Positions 30,353-38,991 are shown, counted from the first letter of the stretch. The stretch: 45,456 nucleotides of DNA from Promethearchaeota archaeon (GCA_011364975.1 RDOE01000020.1:1-45456), one strand, 5' to 3'. Translations and numbers: made by a program. The notes: a model not told the origin generated them from the sequence alone.

Positions 30353-30643
30353 ATGGATAGAAAAAGAGTCTATTTAGAGGTGTATCGCGACACCTATCAC
30401 TTTCTCAAAGAAATTGTTAGTACTAAGGAGAGATTACAAATTTTAGTCAATAGGTTTCCTAAAGCTTGGTTAGCTAAATATTAGGGCGTAAATGAGAAAA
30501 CATTGTATAATCTATGTGTAGAGTAGGAGATTAAATTATCTGGTCATTGGACATTAGGAAGGCTTAAAGAAGCTCGTCTAAAGTTTAAATCGTTTAAAGA
30601 AGATTTTTAGAAATATATTAGAAAAAATTATAAGTTTGGATAA
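30353..30643 (+). pseudogene. HTH-like ORF remnant interrupted by TAG codons
   Basis: MDRKRVY...KAWLAKY*GVNEKTLYNLCVE*EIKLSGHW...EDF*KYIRKNYKFG*; TAG at 30482, 30524 and 30608; TAA at 30641. Confidence 0.5.
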
Positions 30644-30695
30644 ATTAAAATTCTAATATTAGTAATCTAAATACAAATAAAAATAGAAATAAGAA

Positions 30696-32041
30696 GTGAT
30701 AAAAATTAGTTCAAAACCAAAACCTCATTTGAATCTCGTCATCATAGGCCATATCGATCATGGAATGAGTTAATTTAAATAAAATTATCTCCCATAAAAT
30801 CGACTATGATGGGTGCTCTTCTTATCAAGACGGGAGCAGTCACCGATCGAGAAGCACGAGAGTTAGAAAAAATTGCTAAAGAATACGATCGTGAATCATG
30901 GTCCTATGCATACGTTTTTGACCGTTTAAAAGAAGAACGACAAAGAGGAATCACGATTGATTTAGCTTTTCGAAAATTCGAAACAAAATCAAAATACTTT
31001 ACTATCATCGATGCACCAGGTCACGCTGACTTCGTTAAGAATATGATTACCGGTGCTTCACAAGCAGATGCTGCAATTTTAGTCGTATCCGGTAAGAAAG
31101 GCGAAATGGAAGTTGGTGTTGCTGCGAACGGTCAGACTCGTGAACATGCCTATTTAGCCCAGACTTTAGGAGTAAAGCAATTAGCAGTTGCCATTAACAA
31201 AGCGGATAATTATGAGTACAGTGAAGAACGATTTAATGAATGTAAAGAAGCAGTATCTGATCTCTTACGAAATATAGGATTTCCCGTCAAGAAAATTCCA
31301 TTCGTTCCCACTTCAGGAATTACTGGTGATAATTTAACCGTAAAATCTGAGAAAATGCCATGGTATGATGGTCCTACTTTAATTGATGCAATTGACCAAT
31401 TTGAGATCCCCCCAAAACCAACTAACAAACCCTTACGAGTACCAATTCAAGATGCATATAGAATTAAAGGTACTGGGGTAGTACCTGTTGGTCGAGTAGA
31501 GACTGGTGTTTTAAAGAAAGGAGATAAGATAATTATAATGCCCACTGGATTCCAGGGTGAATTAAGAAGCATAGAAATGCATCATGAAGAAATCCCGCAA
31601 GCTGAACCTGGTGATAACATTGGAATGAGTATTAGAGGTCTCGAAATGAAAGATGTAAGTCGAGGAGATTGCTTGGGTCATCTAACTAGTATTCCCACAG
31701 TAGTCACTCCAAATGGATCATGGACCGGTCAAATAATAGTAATTTGGCATCCTACCGCAATTGCTCAGGGATATACTCCAGTAATTCATACTCATACGGC
31801 CCAAGTAGCTGCCAAGTTTGTAGAATTAAGTAAGAAATTAGATCAAAAAACTGGTGCTGTAATTGAAGATTCCCCTAAATTCATAAAACGAAATGAATCT
31901 GCAATCATTAAATTAAAACCAATTAAGAAGCTTTGTATTGAAAAATATGAAGACATTGCTGAAATGGGACGATTTGCAGTAAGAGATATGGGAAGGACGG
32001 TCGCAGTTGGGATTGTTAGGGACCTTGAGACAGGAGCTTAA
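30696..32041 (+). CDS. tuf: Elongation factor 1-alpha; exon 1 30696(or 30705)-30765, exon 2 30798-32041
   Basis: Exon 1 encodes KPHLNLVIIGHIDHG; exon 2 continues KSTMMG...ERQRGITID...DAPGHADFVKNMITGASQAD...NKAD...GRFAVRDMGRTVAVG; start is GTG 30696 or ATT 30705. Confidence 0.95.
30766..30797 (+). other. Candidate 32-nt bulge-helix-bulge-type intron in EF-1alpha mRNA
   Basis: Central helix ATGG(30760-63)/CCAT(30792-95), 3-nt bulges AAT and AAA, intron hairpin GAG-T-TAATTT/AAATTA-T-CTC, exon helix TCGAT/ATCGA; removal restores GHIDHGKST. Confidence 0.85.
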
Positions 32042-32056
32042 AGCCTAAAGTATTCG

Positions 32057-32112
32057 AATTTTTTTCTTAAACTTTTAACTATAATTTATTTTTTAATTTT
32101 CATTTTTCTTCT
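32057..32112 (+). terminator. Oligo-T tracts downstream of tuf (probable archaeal terminator)
   Basis: Several T5-T7 runs directly after the tuf stop codon. Confidence 0.4.
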
Positions 32113-32236
32113 TATCTTATTCATTTTAGATTTTGAATTAATTAACTTTAATAAGATATTCTTAAGATACTGGATATTAGAAAAATTAAAATGAAGAGGA
32201 ATTTCGAGTGTTGTTAAAAATAGAGATTTGAAAATC

Positions 32237-35098
32237 CTAATTCTTAACATTTATTGACACTTTTACAAGTGCATCGTTGATCTTAAACTCCTTATGATTT
32301 TGTACGCTCCTAGTATTTTCAATTAAAAAATCAGATTGAGTCATATCCATGACTTCATCTTTGTGGTTTCTAACAGAGCTCATTATTTCCTCATCTGTGG
32401 TTTCTAAATGGAGGATTATTCGATCACTTATTGATAAACCCATCTCTTTCCTGTAATTGTTTATATGACGAATTAAATTCCTAGCTATTCCTTCTAATTT
32501 TAAATCAATGGTGATTTCGGTATCTAATTCGATAGAAATATGTTCTTCATCTTGACTTTCGAGTTTTATATTTCTCACGTTAACAGCATCCGCGATTATA
32601 TCTAAGAATCCCTTATCTAAACTCGTACCCTTTATGATAAGGCGTCCTAAAACTTGCCGAACTGGAATTTTAGCATTATCACGCGATTCTAAAGCTTTTT
32701 TGACAATATCTCTTGTTAATTCCATCTTATTTTGTAAATCAACATTTATTAATCCGTCATTACAATTAGGCCATGACTCTAAATGGACTGATTCTAACTT
32801 CACGAGTTTTTTTTCTTTAAGGGTTTGATAAATCATTTCAGAAATAAACGGGGTTAAAGGAGCTAATAATCGTGATGTGATGGTAAGTACATATGATAAT
32901 GTTTTCATTGCTTCTCGTTTTTCAATCTCATTATTACTCTTAAACCTACTTCTGCTATTTCTAAGATACCATGTAGAAAGGTCCTCTACAAAATTAAATA
33001 ATAATCTGCTAACTTCGGCTGTATTATAGTCATCCATCCCTTTAGATACATCGTGAATTAGAAGATTTAACACGCTTATTATCCATTTATCTAAGATGTT
33101 GGTTGATTCGGGATTGTCATTATCAGAATTGTTAATTTCGAAAAGACGATAAAATTTGATCACGTTAACAAGTAATAAATTAAACCTTCGATAGACTTGT
33201 TGTATTATTTCTTCTCTTAAGTTTAAATCTTGAGCTCTCATTAATTGGGATGATAAGAGATACATTCTTAATGCGTCTGCTCCATATTTCTCTATTATTA
33301 AATTTGGATCGGGGTAATTTCTTTTAGACTTAGCCATTTTGGTTCCATCCTCCGCAAGAATATTTCCATTTACAACCACATTTTTAAAGGGGATCTCATT
33401 AAATAGCAATACAGCAATCACATGCATATAATAAAACCATGCTCTAACTTGTCCCACATACTCAGATATGAAATCACTAGGAAAGTAGGAGCAAAACTCT
33501 TCAGCATTCTCGAAAGGATAATGTCTTGAAGCATATGGCATTGATCCCGATTCTAACCAGCAATCAAAAACTTCAGGTATTCGATCCATTTTTTCTCCGC
33601 AGATAAGACACCTTAGATGTATTCTATCAATTATATGCCTATGAAGATCGACATCATCAGGAACTTTTTCTAGTGCAAGTGCCTGTAATTCTCTAATAGA
33701 GCCGATTACTACAATATTAGCACACTGTTTACACTCCCAAACTGGTATTGCTGTAGCCCAAAATCGATTTCGAGAGATACACCAATCAGGAGCTGTTGAT
33801 ATGATATTTTTATACCTTTTAGAGACTTCTTCGGGATACCAATTGATTTTCTCGTTAGTTTCAAGAAGCATCGGTTTAATTTCTTGTATTTTTATGAACC
33901 ATGCATCAATTGCATTGTATATTAGGGGGGTTTCACATCTATAACAAAATGGATAGGAATGTAAATGTTCTTCTGTACTGAATAAAAGGTTTTGCCTTCT
34001 TAAATCATCTGATACCAGTTTATCAAGGTCTTTAAACCATGTTCCGATCCATTCTTTTGGGCCATCAATCAAAACTCCCCTTTCATCAATATGTTGAATG
34101 ATTGGTAATTCGTATTTCTCTATTATTTCATAATCAAATTCGCCATATATCGCTATGTGAATGATTCCAGTCCCTTCGTCCGATAAAACATTTTTACCTC
34201 CATCAATTATGAGATATCCTCTCCTTTCGGTATCCGGATAAATTCGATATAACGGTTTATACTCTTTTAACAACAACCTATTTCCTTCAAATTCTTCTAT
34301 CAATTGAAATTCTTCCTTAATGGTTATTAATCTTGATTTCATCAAAATTAAGAATTCATCAGTACCCGTGATCTGAATTTTTGAGTAAATCTCCTCACCA
34401 TTTACAGCTAAGGCTACATTTCCAATCAAGGTCCATGGGGTGGTAGTCCAAGCAAGGAGATATGTATTCGGTTCTGACATCAGTTTAAACTTTACTGTTA
34501 TTGCATGTTCATATACATCTCTATAACTGTTATCCATAGATATTTCAGAATTTGAAAGGGGTGTTTCGCATCTTGGGCAATAAAGTAAGACTTTTTTGCT
34601 CTTGTAAACATACCCTTCGTTATATATTCTTTTAAATATATACCAAATTGTTTCCATATATGAATTATCCATTGTTTTATATGAATTATCGAATTCTATC
34701 CATTTACCCATTCGCTCAACTGTTGTTTTCCATTCATTAGTATACCATAGAACTTTTGAACGGCAATATTCGTTAAATATATCAATCCCCATCTCATGAA
34801 TTTCACTTTTTTGTCTCAGATTTAATGCATTCTCGCATATAGTTTCTATGGGTAGGCCATGGCAGTCCCAACCCCAACGTCTATCGCAACGGTAACCTTT
34901 CATTGTCCAATATCTTGGGAACACATCCTTTGTAACAATACTTAGAATATGACCATAATGAGGTAATCCCGTGGCAAAAGGAGGGCCATCATAGAAAATA
35001 TATGATTTCTCTTTAGGGCGTTGTTCTACACTCTTTTCAAATATATCATTTTCCTTCCAAAATTTAATAAATTCTTTCTCTTTTTCTATATACGATAA
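32237..35098 (-). CDS. ileS: Isoleucyl-tRNA synthetase; N-terminus extends beyond the track call, start codon non-canonical
   Basis: Upstream in-frame extension SYIEKEKEFIKFWKENDIFEKS...FYDGPPFATGLPHYGH; GWDCHGLPIE, WTTTPWTL, DWCISRNRFW, KMAKS; SD GAGGTG at 35111-35106; in-frame TAA at 35116-35114; exact start uncertain. Confidence 0.93.
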   Translation of the reverse strand, partial: LSYIEKEKEFIKFWKENDIFEKSVEQRPKEKSYIFYDGPPFATGLPHYGHILSIVTKDVFPRYWTMKGYRCDRRWGWDCHGLPIETICENALNLRQKSEIHEMGIDIFNEYCRSKVLWYTNEWKTTVERMGKWIEFDNSYKTMDNSYMETIWYIFKRIYNEGYVYKSKKVLLYCPRCETPLSNSEISMDNSYRDVYEHAITVKFKLMSEPNTYLLAWTTTPWTLIGNVALAVNGEEIYSKIQITGTDEFLILMKSRLITIKEEFQLIEEFEGNRLLLKEYKPLYRIYPDTERRGYLIIDGGKNVLSDEGTGIIHIAIYGEFDYEIIEKYELPIIQHIDERGVLIDGPKEWIGTWFKDLDKLVSDDLRRQNLLFSTEEHLHSYPFCYRCETPLIYNAIDAWFIKIQEIKPMLLETNEKINWYPEEVSKRYKNIISTAPDWCISRNRFWATAIPVWECKQCANIVVIGSIRELQALALEKVPDDVDLHRHIIDRIHLRCLICGEKMDRIPEVFDCWLESGSMPYASRHYPFENAEEFCSYFPSDFISEYVGQVRAWFYYMHVIAVLLFNEIPFKNVVVNGNILAEDGTKMAKSKRNYPDPNLIIEKYGADALRMYLLSSQLMRAQDLNLREEIIQQVYRRFNLLLVNVIKFYRLFEINNSDNDNPESTNILDKWIISVLNLLIHDVSKGMDDYNTAEVSRLLFNFVEDLSTWYLRNSRSRFKSNNEIEKREAMKTLSYVLTITSRLLAPLTPFISEMIYQTLKEKKLVKLESVHLESWPNCNDGLINVDLQNKMELTRDIVKKALESRDNAKIPVRQVLGRLIIKGTSLDKGFLDIIADAVNVRNIKLESQDEEHISIELDTEITIDLKLEGIARNLIRHINNYRKEMGLSISDRIILHLETTDEEIMSSVRNHKDEVMDMTQSDFLIENTRSVQNHKEFKINDALVKVSINVKN

Positions 35099-35186
35099 TA
35101 AAATACACCTCTTTTAGATGATCTTTCTTAGTTTTTTCCTAAATTTAATTAATGCTAAATTAAAAAATTATTTTTGAAACTATGAG

Positions 35187-35207
35187 TTATTTAATCATAA
35201 TAATCAC
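35187..35207 (-). other. Second Ile-rich mini-uORF in the ileS leader (GTG ATT ATT ATG ATT AAA TAA)
   Basis: Repeats the ATTATTATGATTA tract of the main leader ORF. Confidence 0.35.
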
Positions 35208-35263
35208 TATTTGAAGCCAGATGTGGAAACAAAGCTATGAAATGTCGCTTCAAACGATAGCGT

Positions 35264-35338
35264 TTATTCAATAATAATCTTAGATGGGATAATCATAATA
35301 ATAAGTGCTAAAACTTCAAACAATACTTGTTTATTCAT
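35264..35338 (-). CDS. Ile-rich leader peptide upstream of ileS (MNKQVLFEVLALIIMIIPSKIIIE)
   Basis: 24 codons, 7 of the last 12 are Ile; same strand as ileS and about 165 nt upstream of it. Confidence 0.7.
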   Translation of the reverse strand: MNKQVLFEVLALIIMIIPSKIIIE

Positions 35339-35509
35339 AGCATCCACATCTAATGTTATATATTAAAAAAGGATACCCAGTTTTATAAGTTTAACTTAGT
35401 CATTATAACAAGATGATTTGATGATTTTACTCCCTTAGACAATATATTTATTCTAAAAAAGCCATATTATCCATAGAACGTATTATATAACATATCATGC
35501 AAAATTTCT

Positions 35510-36982
35510 ATGGAACCTCGAAACATCCTTAAAACATTAGCTCATTTTGCTGAGCGTGAATACAAAGAAAAGCGTCCAAAATCTGTAAAAATCTATCGAG
35601 TAAAAAGTAAAAGTGTTCTAACAAGAGGAGTTTTACCATCGCTTCAAATCAAACAGGTGGGGCCCATTGCATTTCTCGTTATTGCCGATTATGGAGAACA
35701 CTACAGATGTTACAATTTCTCTCGTCAAGGCATACTTATATCAGGAGACAATGTAGAACCGAGTCCAAAATTTCTCAAAGATTTAGAAAAATCCACAAAA
35801 CTAGAATTCCAGTTACCTAAAAAAGAACCTATCACTCATCCTAAAGACATTTCAGCACAAATTCAGGATATTTTCAAACGCCATATCAATCGTCTTAACT
35901 CATTGATAGGTATAAATATAATTATCCCCCCATTCAGATTGCGAGAAATTTTTATAACCTTAATTACGCAATATACTACGTTAAATCAAGAAGAACTCGA
36001 AATAATAATAGTATCTGAGATCTTCACGCATTATCTTAAAAATGTAATCAATCTTCCTCAGATATTACCAAAAATCGTTTCTCATAATTTAATTTCTATG
36101 ATATTAACACATATTTATTTCAATTTTAAATATAGCCTTCAAATTGGACACCAATTTTCTCTTTCTGAAAAATTATTAAAACAACAAACTGATATACCTT
36201 TTGATAATGCAATTACCTTATACAACCTCTCTAAAGAATTTGTAATAAATCGAATAGCAAGTCTTTCTAAAAATCATCTTACACTTTTGATAAAATCAAT
36301 TCATAATATCTTATCTTTTATCCCCCTCTATCAAATTGAGTTATCATCAAGCGAAATTGTCAATTTGCACAGAGAGTTGTACAAATACCTTAATTGCTTT
36401 CTTGAGAAAAAAGAAGAAAATAAGAAATATCAGATTTCCTTCTCTGAAATCGCGACTCTTTATTATAACATAAGTACAACAGAATTCTCCAAGCAAATCT
36501 TTGGGATAAATGCAATTATTCCAATCAATCAAGATCAACAAATGAGCTTTACTGAGTTACTTTCATTAATCAATTCCTATTTAAATGACCCAAAGATAAA
36601 AAATATTATTGGTAAATTATCAGAATTTATCTCAGACAGCATAAATCAATACATATCGGATAAGATCATTAAAATAGCGTTGGAATCCATGATTCAAGAC
36701 GATATGTACACTCTTATCCTTATTATCACTAACAAGAGTGAATTTATGTTTAAAAATTTTGTTAGTAAAGTAAAGTGGAAACCTAAAAAACGTTTAGAAT
36801 TAGTGGGAGGGAAAAATAATGAGGAACAAGCTGAATTACCTAAAGAATATGAATATAATCTTAAATTTTTAATTAAAAGCAAAGGACCCTGCACAATTTT
36901 CTCTACTTTCTCGTTTCAAAACCCTATCTTTCCATCCCAAGAACTTAAGATAAAAAAGAAACTCGGGAAACTCTCCATTTAA
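35510..36982 (+). CDS. Hypothetical protein
   Basis: 490-aa ORF with no recognisable motif; possibly a beta-rich C-terminal domain. Confidence 0.7.
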   Translation: MEPRNILKTLAHFAEREYKEKRPKSVKIYRVKSKSVLTRGVLPSLQIKQVGPIAFLVIADYGEHYRCYNFSRQGILISGDNVEPSPKFLKDLEKSTKLEFQLPKKEPITHPKDISAQIQDIFKRHINRLNSLIGINIIIPPFRLREIFITLITQYTTLNQEELEIIIVSEIFTHYLKNVINLPQILPKIVSHNLISMILTHIYFNFKYSLQIGHQFSLSEKLLKQQTDIPFDNAITLYNLSKEFVINRIASLSKNHLTLLIKSIHNILSFIPLYQIELSSSEIVNLHRELYKYLNCFLEKKEENKKYQISFSEIATLYYNISTTEFSKQIFGINAIIPINQDQQMSFTELLSLINSYLNDPKIKNIIGKLSEFISDSINQYISDKIIKIALESMIQDDMYTLILIITNKSEFMFKNFVSKVKWKPKKRLELVGGKNNEEQAELPKEYEYNLKFLIKSKGPCTIFSTFSFQNPIFPSQELKIKKKLGKLSI

Positions 36983-37077
36983 AAAGCACTCTCTTTTGTT
37001 AAAATACAAAAATAAATAATAACTAGGCTGTTTTCAATTCAAAAAAAAAAATAGAATGTATATTTTTAATACAATTT

Positions 37078-37260
37078 TTAATCATCAAGAAGTTCTTCTT
37101 TTCCTTCTTCAAAAGTTTTTTTTACTCCTTTAGTTAAGCTTCCTTTTTTGACTCCTTTTTTAACACCTTTCCCTACTGCTTCACTTCCGGTGATTTCTTC
37201 AGCAAGACCACCAGCAACTTTTGCGAAACCTTTCTTTAAATTTTTACCAAAACTACCCAT
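37078..37260 (-). CDS. Small Gly/Lys-rich protein
   Basis: 60 aa, strong SD (GGAGTGAGGT) before ATG, three KGVKK repeats. Confidence 0.7.
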   Translation of the reverse strand: MGSFGKNLKKGFAKVAGGLAEEITGSEAVGKGVKKGVKKGSLTKGVKKTFEEGKEELLDD

Positions 37261-37479
37261 AATACCTCACTCCTTTTTTTTAAGTCGAGATTTATTAAAT
37301 TACTAGAAATGTAATAAAATAAGATCTATTTATATATCTGCATTTATTCAACCTTTAAGGTCTCATTGATGAAAAATAGGATAATTTTCTCAAATTTCCA
37401 TATCATGCAAATATTATTTTGATTTTTGAGTAATTATTCTCCTTTTCTAATTAATCAAATTTGTAATTAGAAAGGGTTC

Positions 37480-37959
37480 TTGTTGTTTACTTCAAAACAA
37501 AAGATTTGCTTAATTGGAGAAGGAGGCGTAGGAAAGACTTCATTGCTCTCTTTATTGCAGGGAAGAGATCTTCCTAAAGATCGCACTCCAACAGTAGGGT
37601 TAGAGGTTGAGGATTCAGTCCTTAACGGTAAAAATTGTGCCATATGGGACTTAGGTGGTCAAGAGCGCTTTAAGTTCATGTGGAATGATTTTGTTAGGGG
37701 CGCGGGATTAGCTATACTTGTTTGTGATTCTACAGAACAGAATGTGAAAAAAACAAAAGCAATATATGATAGATTTGAGCGTAGCTTTGGAACTAAAATT
37801 ATTGCTATAGCGAATAAGCAAGATTTACCAGGTGCTTTAAGTGCACATGAGATACAAAAAAGATTAGGGGGATTGAAGACTTACGGAATGACTGCAATAA
37901 GACCCGAACTACAACAAAGGATGAAAGAAATCTTAGAATATGAAATAGCTACGTATTAA
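37480..37959 (+). CDS. Arf/Rab-like small GTPase
   Basis: GEGGVGKT, PTVG, WDLGGQERFKFMW, ANKQD. Confidence 0.92.
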   Translation: MLFTSKQKICLIGEGGVGKTSLLSLLQGRDLPKDRTPTVGLEVEDSVLNGKNCAIWDLGGQERFKFMWNDFVRGAGLAILVCDSTEQNVKKTKAIYDRFERSFGTKIIAIANKQDLPGALSAHEIQKRLGGLKTYGMTAIRPELQQRMKEILEYEIATY

Positions 37960-37975
37960 TGTTAAAAAATTTTTC

Positions 37976-38536
37976 TTAGAACATTTTTCCTATAACATGA
38001 GCAAGTCTTAGAGGCTCTGGCAATTTAGAGTCGATACATAACTTTTGAAATAATTTTTCAACTTCTTGGGTTGTCATTCCAATCATATGAAAATATATTG
38101 TTGAGTTTCCCCCAGCAGTTGCTATTTTAGTTTCATAGAGATATCCTGCTTTAATGATTTTTTCTAATTTTGAGGTGTAATTAGATGGGAATTGTTTAAG
38201 CAGAGCCTCTTTCACAGAATCTAAAGCTACTGGTCTTTCAGTAACTGCAATGATTGGTTTGTTGGTATTCTTATAAATTTCCTGTAAATCAATTATGTTA
38301 AAACCACCAAATGTGATTGTATCGGTTAAGACATATTGCAGGTGTTTATCATTTTGTTGGATAAGCCTTATAACTGCATCTGTAGCGTTATCTCCATCAA
38401 TATATATATTCGTTTTTACAACTCTTACAACCCTTGTTCCTTGACATACCACTCCAATCAAGTATGTTGTTCTTAAGTCTGATTTAAGCTCAAATTTAGC
38501 ATCATCTATCCCAATTGTGATTGGAAATTCTTTCAT
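37976..38536 (-). CDS. DUF99 family (endonuclease V-like) protein
   Basis: IGIDDA, IDGDNAT, ITFGGFNIID, KLPEPLRLAH. Confidence 0.88.
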   Translation of the reverse strand: MKEFPITIGIDDAKFELKSDLRTTYLIGVVCQGTRVVRVVKTNIYIDGDNATDAVIRLIQQNDKHLQYVLTDTITFGGFNIIDLQEIYKNTNKPIIAVTERPVALDSVKEALLKQFPSNYTSKLEKIIKAGYLYETKIATAGGNSTIYFHMIGMTTQEVEKLFQKLCIDSKLPEPLRLAHVIGKMF

Positions 38537-38538
38537 TT

Positions 38539-38991
38539 TCAGCAGATAGGGAGATATTGTTTGATATGATTCAATAATTTGGTAAATGCAACTCTTGCGC
38601 TATTAATCTCTTCTGTTCGGTTATTCAGATTTCCGATAAGATGCTCTAGTAAAAAAACAATCAGCTGTTTTATAGTTATATCACCATTTAACCAAACATA
38701 TGCGATAATCGCTTCAACAGTATCAGCAAGATCGTGAGCATCTGCACGAGATCGAGAAAAAGGCTTCATATTTGCTTCCTTTAAAGCCTCAGCAAGGATA
38801 GTTTTACTTACATTTTTTCCCGTTCTTATTATAACCTTGCTATTTGTTGTCTTTGTTAAATGCATAGATTTTGCAACCGAATAAACTAAATTAACAACGC
38901 CATCCCCAATCTTTGCTAACCCTTTATCGGTCCCTATTGCTTTTTGGGTCAAATTAGATTGGAGATCTTTTAATAAAAAATCATATGCCAT
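38539..38991 (-). CDS. Archaeal RNase III-like domain protein
   Basis: DKGLAKIGDGVVNLVYS...G..VS..ILA.A...AD.VEAIIAY.W. Confidence 0.8.
   Translation of the reverse strand: MAYDFLLKDLQSNLTQKAIGTDKGLAKIGDGVVNLVYSVAKSMHLTKTTNSKVIIRTGKNVSKTILAEALKEANMKPFSRSRADAHDLADTVEAIIAYVWLNGDITIKQLIVFLLEHLIGNLNNRTEEINSARVAFTKLLNHIKQYLPIC

Larger units (their letters stand above)
35160..35351 (-). promoter_or_regulatory. Candidate attenuator-like structured 5' leader of ileS
   Basis: Alternative helices 35351-35334 with 35241-35219, and 35325-35312 or 35262-35247 with 35218-35205; hairpin at 35200-35180; U6 tract at 35167-35162. Confidence 0.65.

Noticed and set aside
30765-30797. ATGAGT at the insert start resembles the spliceosomal donor GTGAGT
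   Set aside because: No GT at any frame-restoring boundary, no terminal AG and no branch point; the BHB geometry explains the junction
30806-32041. Track call of EF-1alpha starting at ATG 30806
   Set aside because: It would lack the essential G1/P-loop, which is encoded upstream across the 32-nt insert
35110-35400. T-box riboswitch upstream of ileS
   Set aside because: No GGTGGNACC T-box sequence or recognisable stem I is visible
35491-37411. 13-nt direct repeat CATATCATGCAAA at 35491-35503 and 37399-37411, upstream of two genes
   Set aside because: Only two copies at different distances from the start codons; plausible by chance in AT-rich DNA
38533-38545. Cys-TGA at the end of the RNase III-like gene as possible selenocysteine
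   Set aside because: The next gene starts 2 nt later, no SECIS is seen and the family is not redox-active
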